Source of the DNA: a virus
Lineage: Duplodnaviria; Caudoviricetes
Virus record (IMG/VR): IMGVR_UViG_3300025103_000091
Coordinates: 1 to 32,352 of that record
Length of the DNA stretch: 32,352 nt
Reading direction: 5' to 3' (one strand)
Both the position numbers and the translations under genes were made by a program. Of the stretch, positions 15,598-25,167 are shown in pieces. The notes below the pieces were generated by a model. That model had not been told where the DNA came from. It did no database searches and saw only the letters and a list, made by a program, of their open reading frames with translations. Each line of letters starts with the position of its first letter. The stretch's first letter is position 1.

Positions 15598-17757
15598 TTA
15601 ACCCAGACTTGCCGAGCTTACAATATTGTTTTGTAAACTCTGCGCAGTTGTAACGTCTTGACTGACAACAAACGCCTGAACGGGTGGTTGTGTTCCTAGA
15701 GCTTCAGCAATCTGATTTCCCTGCGTTGTTCCTAATGTATTAAAAGAGGGCTGAAACGCTTCAGCTTGCGCTGTTTCAGTAACTGAAGCAACTGACGGAA
15801 CTGAAGGTTCAGCAGGTTCAGGAATATCGCCTCCAACTCCAGTACCTGAAGTGGATTTCTTCGCTCCTTTTACAGCTTTTCTAATTGCACCAATTATACC
15901 GACGGCTTGTACTGCATACATTAACAACATTGGAATATTTTGTGGGAATCCAACTTTGGCTGTCTTTGCTGTACCTTCTGCGACTGCTGTCGTACTATTT
16001 GCAACAGCACTTTTTGAAAAGGCGATTGTCTTCTTAGCTTCCATAATCATTTCTTTTGCTGCTAAGACATTTTTTGCAATTAATGCCATTCTACCAACTT
16101 TTGATTCTGCACCTGCAAGCTGAACGATTGCATTTAAAGATCGATTCTTTCTTTTGATTTTTTGTCTTTCAAGTCTGTCTTCGTCGTTTAGTTTTTTAAG
16201 ATTTTTCTTCTTTTGAATATTAAATTCTTTATCAGCAACTGACTGCATATAATCAAGTTTGACTGCATCACGTTCTTTTATTAATTCAGCTTCAATTTCT
16301 TCAAGCTCTGCGTCAGTCATCATTTTATTTGCATGATGTTCGCGCGCCTGCTCCATTTTAAGCTGAAATTCTTCGTCAATTTTCATCAGCTTGCGCTCAG
16401 TTGCTTCTTCGTCTTCTGAAAGCAGGGATAATTCATAATCTTTTTGCCATGCAGCATAATCAAGCTCCATTTGTTTTTTGGTGTCAATCTCTTTTTGTTT
16501 TTCTGCAAGAGCCTGATTCGTTGCTGTTGTTATTTGTGTTTGAAGGAGTCTTTGACTTCGTAAACGCTTAGTATCTAAGTCAATAAGCTCGCCTTCTAAA
16601 GCTGCAAGCTCGTCTTTTTGTTCTTTTGTAGTATCGCCCAACGCCTGTTCCATTTTCATTGCGTCAATTTTTAATTGTTTTGCAGCAATTTCTTTGTCAG
16701 TTATGTCTTGCTCAATCGCCTGAGCTTCTTTTAAGAGCTTAATCCTTTCTTCAGCAGAATATTTGTCTCTTTGTTCGGCTTTCAAACGCAGTTCGTTTAT
16801 ATCTCGATTAGCTTGCGCTCGTTCAGTGATTAAATCTCGCTCAATATGATGCGCTTTCTGTCTCATTTTTGTCACTTCAGCCATTATTTTGACCTCTCTT
16901 GATATTTCGTCAACAACTTTGCCTGTAGCGTCAGCGAGTTTTTTCGAGCCCTCAACAATCAGGTTGGTTGTAACCATGATCGGATTAAGTTCATTATTTA
17001 ATTTTAGAAGTCCTTCGCCTGCGTCTGACATTGCACCTTTAAAATCTCCTGTAAAAGCTTTCTTTAATGCAGAGCCTATCAAACCCAGTCCTTCCAAAAT
17101 AGCGTTAAACTTGTCCATAACCATAGTTTTTAGCATTCCTCCAAAATCAGACAAAGCCTCCTTCGGTGATTCAAAAGCTGCGATTAAATTTCTTCCTAAC
17201 GATGCAAGCAAGTCTGTTACTACTTTAACAGCAGCTCCAATCATTGCCATGCCACGTTCCCATTTTTCTTGTCCTGCTTCGCTTGATTTAAAAGCTTGAA
17301 CAATGCTTGAAATAGCAACAACAAAGAGACCAATTCCTGTAGAGGCAAGAGCAATTTTAAAACCTTTCGCGCCTTTAATCAATCCTTTAAAAGCTGTTAC
17401 TTGATTTTTTGCCATTGTGACTGCGCCTCCTGTAGCTTTGTCAAGAAGCTTCATTGAACCTGTTAACTCTGTCGTATTTTCTTTAGCTTTTTTCATCTCC
17501 AAGTTAGCTTGTTTCTGATCAAGTTTAGCTGCTTTTAGTTCCTCTCTGACTTGTTTAAGACTAAGCTTAAGATCGTTTAATTTTTTAGAGTCTTCAGGGA
17601 TTACGTTTGTTGATTTCGACATTGCTTTTTGCCAATTAGTAACAGCGCGCTCCCCTTCAATTACCGACATTGTTAATTCGTCGACTGACTTTTCAGCTTT
17701 GTCAAGATTTTCTTGCGCCTGTTTTGTATTTACGTTTAAATCGTAGTTAGTTGCCAT
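15598..17757 (-). CDS. Tape measure protein
   Basis: 719 aa; Ala/Lys/Glu-rich coiled coils, hydrophobic ALASTGIGLFVVAI segment and C-terminal QAFVVSQDVTTAQ. Confidence 0.85.
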   Translation of the reverse strand: MATNYDLNVNTKQAQENLDKAEKSVDELTMSVIEGERAVTNWQKAMSKSTNVIPEDSKKLNDLKLSLKQVREELKAAKLDQKQANLEMKKAKENTTELTGSMKLLDKATGGAVTMAKNQVTAFKGLIKGAKGFKIALASTGIGLFVVAISSIVQAFKSSEAGQEKWERGMAMIGAAVKVVTDLLASLGRNLIAAFESPKEALSDFGGMLKTMVMDKFNAILEGLGLIGSALKKAFTGDFKGAMSDAGEGLLKLNNELNPIMVTTNLIVEGSKKLADATGKVVDEISREVKIMAEVTKMRQKAHHIERDLITERAQANRDINELRLKAEQRDKYSAEERIKLLKEAQAIEQDITDKEIAAKQLKIDAMKMEQALGDTTKEQKDELAALEGELIDLDTKRLRSQRLLQTQITTATNQALAEKQKEIDTKKQMELDYAAWQKDYELSLLSEDEEATERKLMKIDEEFQLKMEQAREHHANKMMTDAELEEIEAELIKERDAVKLDYMQSVADKEFNIQKKKNLKKLNDEDRLERQKIKRKNRSLNAIVQLAGAESKVGRMALIAKNVLAAKEMIMEAKKTIAFSKSAVANSTTAVAEGTAKTAKVGFPQNIPMLLMYAVQAVGIIGAIRKAVKGAKKSTSGTGVGGDIPEPAEPSVPSVASVTETAQAEAFQPSFNTLGTTQGNQIAEALGTQPPVQAFVVSQDVTTAQSLQNNIVSSASLG

Positions 17758-17887
17758 GAGTCTTTCTTTTATATTGTTTTAATGCGTCTTTTAATGACGT
17801 AGTTAGTTTAAATTTACCTTTGGCGAAATCAATGTATTTGCCACCTCCGAGATACTCGTCTAATTGTAATAATTCAATTATTATCAT
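17747..17887 (-). CDS. Small hypothetical protein, 46 aa (not in supplied track)
   Basis: MIIIELLQLDEYLGGGKYIDFAKGKFKLTTSLKDALKQYKRKTHGN; overlaps both neighbours. Confidence 0.7.
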   Translation of the reverse strand: MIIIELLQLDEYLGGGKYIDFAKGKFKLTTSLKDALKQYKRKTHGN

Positions 17888-20013
17888 GATAAAACACTTG
17901 GTTCGTAGTCCTCAAACTTAGTAATCAGCTCGAGAGTTGTTTTACGGGTTAATAAATTAGTTTTAACGCTGTTGATGAAATATTCTTCTGTGCCAATTAT
18001 GATTTTATCATTCAATTTATAATTCAATAAAAAATTCAATGGCAGATATGATTCAAACTTTTTGATTCTTGTTCTTTCTTGAAAATTCTGAACAATATAT
18101 TGCGTATAAAAACGCGCAAATAAGCTATTGGTATTTGCAAGCCTTGTATAAACATCGAACTCATTACCGAAATTCAAAGTATGATTGCCACTTGCTGTAG
18201 AATTTGAAGGCGCATTATATTGATTATAGCTGTTTATCGTAATAGGATAACTGCTCGAATCAACGTTCACGTTAAAAAACAAATAACCAGAGCCTTTTGC
18301 GACCTCTCCCTTTGCATCAACCCACCAAGCTTGAACGTTTCCTGTTGGTGTTCTTGTTTCATCAACGACATTGATTAAAACCTCTCGCTGTGTTTTGACT
18401 TGTAGATCAAAAGCTTTGCCGTCAAATTTGTCAGGTGCAGAATATTTTAAATTACCATATTGCGCGCTGTAATTCGCTAAATATCGAATTGAAGGCTGCG
18501 TCACTGCATTCGAATAATTAAAATTAACTGCGCTAAATGGTATCGGACGATTAATTGAGGTTTTTTCAATATTTATATATTCAGACAAATTCCATTGCGC
18601 GCCAATACTCATAAAGTCGTCAAGCGTTTGAATATATATTTTAGATGAACCTTTTAACGTGTAGGCTGTTAAATTAAAGACTTTCATTAAATTTGAAAGA
18701 AAGTCAATCACTTTAATTTTAGGGATATAATCCTGTATATAAATATTGTCTGTTTGTACGAGCGCGCCTCTTGTATAAGTAGAACTTAAGATCGTTCCGT
18801 CAGCTAAGGTTTTAATCGCTTGCAGCCCTAGAGCAGGAGCAGCCGCCCAGTTGTACCCTGCTTCGCCTTCTGTACGCAAGCGCAGTTTAAACGTTCGGGA
18901 CTCAAGCGTTCCTGAAGTCATGTTTGTGGCAGTCAACGTTGTTGCTCCTGCGGGAATCTTGACATCAAACTGCTGCCAAATTATCTCGTTTGTGAGTTCG
19001 TCTCTAATTTCAGAATTAAACAGATAGCCTGTGTATGCAGTCGCGTCAAGCGTTACTTTTAAAGTCATCGATTCGCCTTTCAATAAAGTAAACTCATCGC
19101 CACCACTGAAGAAGTCTCCGTCTCCACCTGCAACGTATGTATATACGCCTAAATACCATTTAATCGAGTACCAATTAAAACGAATCCCATATTTTGGGGC
19201 GTCGTCTCCTTCTGTGTTTGTTGGCGCATTTTCTCTGTGTAACCATAAATACAGCTCGTCAAAGACATCTGAATCAAAAAAAGAAACGATTGTTTCGCCT
19301 CCAATAACTTCGTCGCTCATGTTGAACTCAATGTCGTACTGAGTTTCAATCGCTTCAATGATTCTTTTTACTTTAAGCGCAGGCTTTAATTCGCCACTTA
19401 GCCCATAATAAGGGGCGAACATAGGAATATAAAAAGGCGTATCAAATAAGTTAGGGGTGGTTATCGTGCTTGTTGAATCATAATTCCAAAACGTTTGTAA
19501 ACATATTAATGGCAGGGTTACATTCCTGTCGGCAATTCCTGTCGCTGCTACTCCTGAAGTTGTTTCTCCTGTTTCAAATAAACGATTGAGATAAGCCGAC
19601 CCGTAACGCGTATCATAAGCACTTAAAGGATTTAAAGCAGACAGATCGTCTTGTCCGAAGAGGTCTTTCATTTTTACAACATCGCTAAAAAATCCAACTT
19701 TATAAGAATAAACTGCATTGTTTCGCATCTGTACACCATTGAGACGAATTTCTCCCGTTTTGAAATCTGCGCCGTTTAATTTAAGAATAGCAGGGACTCG
19801 AAAACGAGCGTCAAAGCCGTTTGTTATTTGTGAATTATAATAATGTTTGAATATAGTGTTATTTATATCTGACGCAGGCAAGCTGAAAGTTTGCGTATAA
19901 GGACTGAAGACTTTGCTTATGTCTTTAACGTTTTGCATCGTATCCGTTAACGTGATAGGTTCGTCTTTGAATAGCTCAGCTTTTTGATTTTCAATATATA
20001 AATCTAAGTGCAT
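17884..20013 (-). CDS. Tail tip / baseplate hub-like protein, 709 aa
   Basis: L.LYIE...ELF.DE.I.LT...Q.VKDISK.F...TQTFSLPAS..NN.IF.HYYN N-terminus; adjacent to the tape measure gene. Confidence 0.65.
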   Translation of the reverse strand: MHLDLYIENQKAELFKDEPITLTDTMQNVKDISKVFSPYTQTFSLPASDINNTIFKHYYNSQITNGFDARFRVPAILKLNGADFKTGEIRLNGVQMRNNAVYSYKVGFFSDVVKMKDLFGQDDLSALNPLSAYDTRYGSAYLNRLFETGETTSGVAATGIADRNVTLPLICLQTFWNYDSTSTITTPNLFDTPFYIPMFAPYYGLSGELKPALKVKRIIEAIETQYDIEFNMSDEVIGGETIVSFFDSDVFDELYLWLHRENAPTNTEGDDAPKYGIRFNWYSIKWYLGVYTYVAGGDGDFFSGGDEFTLLKGESMTLKVTLDATAYTGYLFNSEIRDELTNEIIWQQFDVKIPAGATTLTATNMTSGTLESRTFKLRLRTEGEAGYNWAAAPALGLQAIKTLADGTILSSTYTRGALVQTDNIYIQDYIPKIKVIDFLSNLMKVFNLTAYTLKGSSKIYIQTLDDFMSIGAQWNLSEYINIEKTSINRPIPFSAVNFNYSNAVTQPSIRYLANYSAQYGNLKYSAPDKFDGKAFDLQVKTQREVLINVVDETRTPTGNVQAWWVDAKGEVAKGSGYLFFNVNVDSSSYPITINSYNQYNAPSNSTASGNHTLNFGNEFDVYTRLANTNSLFARFYTQYIVQNFQERTRIKKFESYLPLNFLLNYKLNDKIIIGTEEYFINSVKTNLLTRKTTLELITKFEDYEPSVLS

Positions 20014-21173
20014 TATTGGACGTTGTTAATTGTATTAAAAGAAAACTCGAACGTCATTTGGTGCTGAAACAATTTATCTGTCAAACTATTTTTATAAACA
20101 AAAGCGTTGTCTTTTATAATTACGCCAAGAGTTTGATTTTCATATTCAATCCAAACTTTAGTCGAAAGCATTAATTCTTTAAAGACTGAATTGTTGCTTT
20201 CAGGATACCAACCAGAATTTAGTTTTATTGCTTCGCCTCCGTTATTAACCAAAATGGTGTCTTGATGATCGCTTATATTGTAAGAGCCTGAAGCTGTTAA
20301 AATATTAGCTTTATAGTCTGTTTTCTTTACTTTAAGAGACTTAATATTGTTTTTAAAATACCATACATCTTGAACAGCTCCAAATCGATTTAAGAAGCTT
20401 ATTTTTATAGGTGTATATTTACATTCGTTTATATTTCTAATAACTAAGTCAGTAACCTCGCCGTCAGTAGCCTCAACAAAAACGTTGGTAACAGGATATG
20501 TTGAAGTTTCGCCTAACAATGCAGACAAACAAACAGAGCTTTCGAAAGTTCCTCCGTCGTCAAAAATTCTTTCTTCATAATTAGAAAAGTCTCCTGTTGC
20601 GTTAGTTACATAAAAGACTTGTTTGCTCGCTTCTGTTTGTGCAGGCACTGAATAAGAAAACAACGGAGCTCCGTTATTAAGAAAAGAGACGCTTGAAGTT
20701 TTATCGACATTTATTGGAATTCTAAGAGCAGCGTCATCAGGCTTTAAGATAACATTGTTTGAAAGCAAACAGGCTCTTTCAAGAACTGGGTTTGCTCCTT
20801 GTTCAAAATAATCATAACCATAATGCGCTAAAAGACCAAGCGTATCGCTCACGATCGGCGCGCCTGCTGACAATACTTGCGTTGTTCTATAGTCAAAAAA
20901 TATAGTTGTTGAAATAGCGTCTGCTGTAGCTGTTAACATTGCGCTGTCAATATATTCTCCACGAAACAAAGCAGGGATTGAGTCCTTAATCAATGAAGCA
21001 ATTTCAAACGTGCAAGAAGTATCGATTGCAGTACTTTCTAAAGTATAAGTGACGTTCCCTGTCCATGCGCCACTAGCCGTGCCAAGATAAACGTATAATT
21101 CAAGCGTGCAACTTACTTGCAAAGCGTTTGACTTAGTTACAAAATAGGGCGATAAAATTAGTTTATGTTTCAT
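20013..21173 (-). CDS. Tail structural protein (distal-tail-like), 386 aa
   Basis: Beta-rich with F.NRFG...D..YF and LNSGW motifs; position in the tail module. Confidence 0.6.
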   Translation of the reverse strand: MKHKLILSPYFVTKSNALQVSCTLELYVYLGTASGAWTGNVTYTLESTAIDTSCTFEIASLIKDSIPALFRGEYIDSAMLTATADAISTTIFFDYRTTQVLSAGAPIVSDTLGLLAHYGYDYFEQGANPVLERACLLSNNVILKPDDAALRIPINVDKTSSVSFLNNGAPLFSYSVPAQTEASKQVFYVTNATGDFSNYEERIFDDGGTFESSVCLSALLGETSTYPVTNVFVEATDGEVTDLVIRNINECKYTPIKISFLNRFGAVQDVWYFKNNIKSLKVKKTDYKANILTASGSYNISDHQDTILVNNGGEAIKLNSGWYPESNNSVFKELMLSTKVWIEYENQTLGVIIKDNAFVYKNSLTDKLFQHQMTFEFSFNTINNVQ

Positions 21174-21184
21174 TGTTTTTTTAT

Positions 21185-21847
21185 TTAAGCTTGTTGAATC
21201 GGTGTATCTTTAAACATTGCTTTGAATTCTAAGTCGAAAGCTTGCGCAAACTCTTTGTCTAAGCGCGAGAAAGCGTTTCGAAAAGCGTTAGTGAAAAATA
21301 AAGTTGGTGTTATTCCTTGCGCCCAAATTCTATTTTGCATCCAATACGCCATCGCTTCTTGTCCTCCTGATCTGTATTGACCACCTTCTGACGTTCCTTT
21401 AGGATTTCGAAACCTTAAGTTATTTTTTTTAATATATGCTTTTAAAGACTCCATTGGAGGTTTTAATCCTTTGTATTGAAATTTATCTTTTATTTTTCCC
21501 TCGCCTGAAGTAAAGACTGAGTTTGTCATTCTTCCTTTTTGACGTCCTTCATATTTTTTGTTTCCATAATCTGTAACAACTTTTTTCTGTTGAGGGTCGT
21601 ATTTTCTTTCATAACTATCAGCAGCAGAGGGATTTGACCCCCAAACTCCAGCATCGATAAACATGCCGTAAGTTTCCATTATCCAAGTCAAACGAAGTCC
21701 TGTCTCTGTCGTAATTACAGGCAAAGCCTTTAATGTATCATATAAGGGACCCTTTTTTATTTCTGACGTTGTTAAGTTATAACGCGACCTTCTGACAACG
21801 TCGACGCCCATTTTTGTTAATACTTTTCTAACTTCTTTTAAATTCAT
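21185..21847 (-). CDS. Putative tail completion/neck protein (HK97 gp10-like)
   Basis: Basic; YG.F.D.GV.G and GI.PT.FFT motifs. Confidence 0.55.
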   Translation of the reverse strand: MNLKEVRKVLTKMGVDVVRRSRYNLTTSEIKKGPLYDTLKALPVITTETGLRLTWIMETYGMFIDAGVWGSNPSAADSYERKYDPQQKKVVTDYGNKKYEGRQKGRMTNSVFTSGEGKIKDKFQYKGLKPPMESLKAYIKKNNLRFRNPKGTSEGGQYRSGGQEAMAYWMQNRIWAQGITPTLFFTNAFRNAFSRLDKEFAQAFDLEFKAMFKDTPIQQA

Positions 21848-21850
21848 GTC

Positions 21851-22327
21851 TTAAGTTATTGGGCAAATTGTCATGTCGTTTGGTATTTCAATTGTAAAAG
21901 CTACACTCCAACCACAAAGCTTATTTTCAAATCGATCAGTAAAAGGCTGCATGCTTGGACTTCCTGAAAGCTGATATTTTTCAACATATAAATCACCACG
22001 TCTTAATAGCTCAGTCAGTCGATTTACAACAGCTAACTGCGTGTTCCAAATATCTTGCTCGTTTGTGTTTAATCTAAACTGACCCGTTGAGTTTGTTGTT
22101 CTAAAGTTTTTTGTTTCGTCTACAATGTCCATGCAAGCGAGAGCGAAGTCAAAAGCCCATACATTGCCGTTAAGAACTGCGTTTGATACATTAAAATGGG
22201 ATAAAGGGAAGATTGTCTGTTTATCAAGATCAACGTCCATTAAATCTCCATAGGTTACCGTTTTGACGTTCTTGTCTTGAAGCAGTTGTTCTTGTATTTT
22301 GGTAGTAACGTTGTAAAATCCTTGCAT
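21851..22327 (-). CDS. Putative tail terminator protein
   Basis: 158 aa, acidic; FPL.H and C-terminal GW...FTI pattern. Confidence 0.55.
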   Translation of the reverse strand: MQGFYNVTTKIQEQLLQDKNVKTVTYGDLMDVDLDKQTIFPLSHFNVSNAVLNGNVWAFDFALACMDIVDETKNFRTTNSTGQFRLNTNEQDIWNTQLAVVNRLTELLRRGDLYVEKYQLSGSPSMQPFTDRFENKLCGWSVAFTIEIPNDMTICPIT

Positions 22328-22330
22328 GTT

Positions 22331-22585
22331 TTATTTTTTTAATTTTTGTTGAATAAGCCTTGCTTCAGCTTCGTTTTTTTCTTTGACAAAGCTTAAATAG
22401 GTTAGACATAAATGGAGGCGAAGCTTAGCGACTTCGTCAAATCGTCGAATGTCTCCTTGAGCGAGGGCATAAAGTTCTTCAACTGCTCCCCACTTTTTAG
22501 AGAATCCACCTGCCCCTGAAGTTGTGCTTTGTTTGTCTCCAAATAACTCTGGATATAAGTCGCTAATTCGTTTATTAAATGACAA
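22331..22585 (-). CDS. -1 frame extension of the tail assembly chaperone (gpT-like)
   Basis: Begins exactly at the T9 run; has only a TTG as possible start; protein-like sequence (YPELFG...KWG...YALAQGDI). Confidence 0.7.
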   Translation of the reverse strand: MSFNKRISDLYPELFGDKQSTTSGAGGFSKKWGAVEELYALAQGDIRRFDEVAKLRLHLCLTYLSFVKEKNEAEARLIQQKLKK

Positions 22586-23055
22586 AAAAAAACCATTGAA
22601 CCTAATGCGACGCCAAGTGGTGCTTTCTTCATTATATCAGCGTATTTTTTAGAGTTTTCATATTCCTCGATTTGATACTTGTCTTTGACTCTTGCAACAA
22701 TCGGACGATACATTACAGCCATTGCTTTGTGCATGTGTTCCCATTTGCCTAAATAAGCAGAAATATCCCTGTTTTCTCCATAAGTAATCTCGTCAAGGTT
22801 AGGAATAAAGCCATATTCAACCTCGTCAATTTTAAAGCTAACAACAAACTCTGTTTCTTCTTTAAATAATTGATCAATTTTTTTATTAATTATTTTAACA
22901 TCTTTTAAAGGAATCTTTGACATGTCTTTTTCTTTGAGACCAAATAAAGACTTCAAGATTTTCGCTTCTGTAGGATTATCTAATGCTTGGACTTTTTGAT
23001 ATGCTTCAAGCGAGATTTCGTTTACGCTGTCGGGTATCATAAGGGTATAATTCAT
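22402..23055 (-). CDS. Putative tail assembly chaperone (gpG-like)
   Basis: YGFIPNLDEITYGE and HKAMAVMYRP motifs; contains the slippery sequence G GTT TTT TTT T at the VFF codons. Confidence 0.7.
   Translation of the reverse strand: MNYTLMIPDSVNEISLEAYQKVQALDNPTEAKILKSLFGLKEKDMSKIPLKDVKIINKKIDQLFKEETEFVVSFKIDEVEYGFIPNLDEITYGENRDISAYLGKWEHMHKAMAVMYRPIVARVKDKYQIEEYENSKKYADIMKKAPLGVALGSMVFFCHLINELATYIQSYLETNKAQLQGQVDSLKSGEQLKNFMPSLKETFDDLTKSLSFASIYV
22584..22594 (-). other. Putative -1 programmed ribosomal frameshift site
   Basis: GGTTTTTTTTT (T9) contains an X XXY YYZ heptamer; the -1 frame stays open for 84 codons. Confidence 0.65.
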
Positions 23056-23062
23056 GTCGTTG

Positions 23063-23100
23063 CTTTAATATAAAAACAACATAATGCCAATAATGTATAA
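23063..23100 (-). promoter_or_regulatory. Putative late promoter, class A, upstream of the tail operon
   Basis: TTATACAT-N14-TGTTTTTATATTAAAG. Confidence 0.7.
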
Positions 23101-23107
23101 TGAAGGA

Positions 23108-23704
23108 TTATATTCTTTCGTAATCGCCAAACAAATAGTCTTCATAGTCTTCAGAAAACTTTTCTTTCATTATTTGCTTGACTTTTTTTAAAGTGTGAAA
23201 TATATTAACAAAACTGATTTTAGTTTCTTTTGACATTCCTCTAATTGAAAGTGGAGTATCTCTGTAAATTTCAAAGATGCGTTTATCATACCAATGCAGC
23301 TTGTTGAGTTCGTTGTCCATTTTAGCGCACAAACGACCAAAAGCCTTTTCTTGTTCAATACTATCGGTCGAAGTTACTTCGAATTTAATTCTGCCATGCA
23401 GTGCGCCTCGATGTCCGTCTTTATATTCTGCTTTTGTCATTTTAGGTTCAAGCTCTACTTTTCGAATCTTGCTTTTTGCTTTAGCATAATTATAATAAAG
23501 GCTTCTTATAACAAAAAACATATAGCCTTTGCTGACTTTGTTGTTTCGAATGATCTTGTCTTTGCAATTGTATTTGGCTAATTTAATGTAAGCTTCTTGA
23601 ACAATGTCTTGCGCGTAGTCATGCGCTCCAATTCCTTCAGCAATTTGTAGCCAAACGTCATGAAGTTCAGCGACTTTAATTAACCAATCATTGTTGTTGC
23701 TCAT
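23108..23704 (-). CDS. ECF-like sigma factor 2 (candidate late sigma)
   Basis: Region 2 AQDIVQEAYIKL; region 4 HTH LSIRGMSKETKISFVNIFHTLKK. Confidence 0.8.
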   Translation of the reverse strand: MSNNNDWLIKVAELHDVWLQIAEGIGAHDYAQDIVQEAYIKLAKYNCKDKIIRNNKVSKGYMFFVIRSLYYNYAKAKSKIRKVELEPKMTKAEYKDGHRGALHGRIKFEVTSTDSIEQEKAFGRLCAKMDNELNKLHWYDKRIFEIYRDTPLSIRGMSKETKISFVNIFHTLKKVKQIMKEKFSEDYEDYLFGDYERI

Positions 23705-23979
23705 AATGTTTTAATAAATATTGGTGCAAAATTATTTAAGCCTGATACTTCGTCAATATATTCATCTAAAAACATTAAGGCGTCATCAAAAGAGATTTGC
23801 TGATCTAAGTCTTTAATTTTCATTAAGACATCAAGACAACGCCAATAATCATAAACAACTTGTTTTGGTTCAATTGTAGTGATACCAATTGCAGCCTTGT
23901 CAAGACCTTCTGCAAGAACGAGCGTTTCGTCTTCAGTTAATAAATGTCTGTCGTTAAAGCGTTGAATCAAGTCTGACAT
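23701..23979 (-). CDS. Hypothetical acidic protein, 92 aa
   Basis: LAEGLD.A.IG...VVYD...C pattern; ATGA-coupled to sigma 2. Confidence 0.75.
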   Translation of the reverse strand: MSDLIQRFNDRHLLTEDETLVLAEGLDKAAIGITTIEPKQVVYDYWRCLDVLMKIKDLDQQISFDDALMFLDEYIDEVSGLNNFAPIFIKTL

Positions 23980-24016
23980 AATAATAAGTACGTTTTATTT
24001 TTAAATTGTAGCGATT
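23980..24016 (-). promoter_or_regulatory. Putative ECF-type promoter, class B, copy 2
   Basis: AATCGCTACAA-N13-CGTA-CTTATTATT-ATG. Confidence 0.7.
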
Positions 24017-25167
24017 TAATAAACATGATACTCCCCTGCGTTAGGGTTAGATAGTTGATAGGCAATACTATAACGCAAGGCATCGATGCAATGATTCCAA
24101 GCGTCAATAGGTGTTTGAGACTTCTTTTCAAGCCAACGATAGTTGTTCAGCTCGTCAATTAGTTGTTTGCTGTTAGGACTGATTATCAAATCATAATCTT
24201 GAAGCAGCGCAATGCCAAAAGTGATTGAGCCTTGTCCTTTTATTGTCGGAACTATATTACAAGACTTTGACAAGCTTTGAATTAAACGAGGCTCAGCACT
24301 ATCGCCAACGATTAAGCTATTGCCTGCAAAGGCTTTATTTAAAGAAGCAATTTCTGAAGCAGACAATCCTGTTTTATAAAAGCATTGTTTGACATAAATT
24401 GTTTTATTCTCTTTGTCGATGCTTGTCTGTATTAATGTCGTTGGGTCTTTAAAGCCATAATCTTGACCAAATACGCTCTTGCTTACTTCTTTGAATTGTC
24501 CTTCGCGCCAATTTGTAAAGATCGCACCTTGAAGCGTGCCTGTTAATCCTAAACCATAAACCCGATACCAATTCCTCCAATAATCGTTGCCTTGATCTGC
24601 TTTTTGTTTAGCTCGCATTATTTCTTTGACTGCTGAATCAGGAGCGCATTCATTGTCTTTATATGTAAGAATCAACCAGTCTGCGTCATCGTCGTCTTTT
24701 AGTTCGTCATGCGCCCAGAAGTTTGAAGTCGGATTGAAATCTATATAAATATGATCGCGAGTTCTCACTGCTAATTGAAAGTAAGAATCAAAACTTATGT
24801 TATTTGCTTCGTTTATATAGCAAACATCACGACGAGCTCCACGAAGCTTGCCTTCTGCGTCTGCACTGAAGAACTCAATTACTGAGCCATTTGCGAATGT
24901 ATAAGTCAAGAGCGACTTGTTAAAGCTTTCATGATTCCACCTGCCTGTTTCTTCCATTATCTTTTTAAAGTCACGAATTGCGCCTCGTCGTAAATGAGGA
25001 ATGCTTTCTGCAATGATTGAAGTCTCAGTCTTTGCGTTCTTGATATTATAATCAATTAATAAAGCAATAATTCCAAATGTCTTTGAAGCAGAAGTTCCAC
25101 CTTGTACAATTCGAATTCTACGGCTTAATTTTTGTATCTTTTTTATTGCTGTCGTTTTCTGAAACAT
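24016..25167 (-). CDS. terL: Terminase large subunit (PBSX family)
   Basis: Walker A QGGTSASKT, Walker B YINEA, FNP motif, nuclease GQDYG..DP, DSAEP and NHCIDALRY. Confidence 0.95.
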   Translation of the reverse strand: MFQKTTAIKKIQKLSRRIRIVQGGTSASKTFGIIALLIDYNIKNAKTETSIIAESIPHLRRGAIRDFKKIMEETGRWNHESFNKSLLTYTFANGSVIEFFSADAEGKLRGARRDVCYINEANNISFDSYFQLAVRTRDHIYIDFNPTSNFWAHDELKDDDDADWLILTYKDNECAPDSAVKEIMRAKQKADQGNDYWRNWYRVYGLGLTGTLQGAIFTNWREGQFKEVSKSVFGQDYGFKDPTTLIQTSIDKENKTIYVKQCFYKTGLSASEIASLNKAFAGNSLIVGDSAEPRLIQSLSKSCNIVPTIKGQGSITFGIALLQDYDLIISPNSKQLIDELNNYRWLEKKSQTPIDAWNHCIDALRYSIAYQLSNPNAGEYHVY

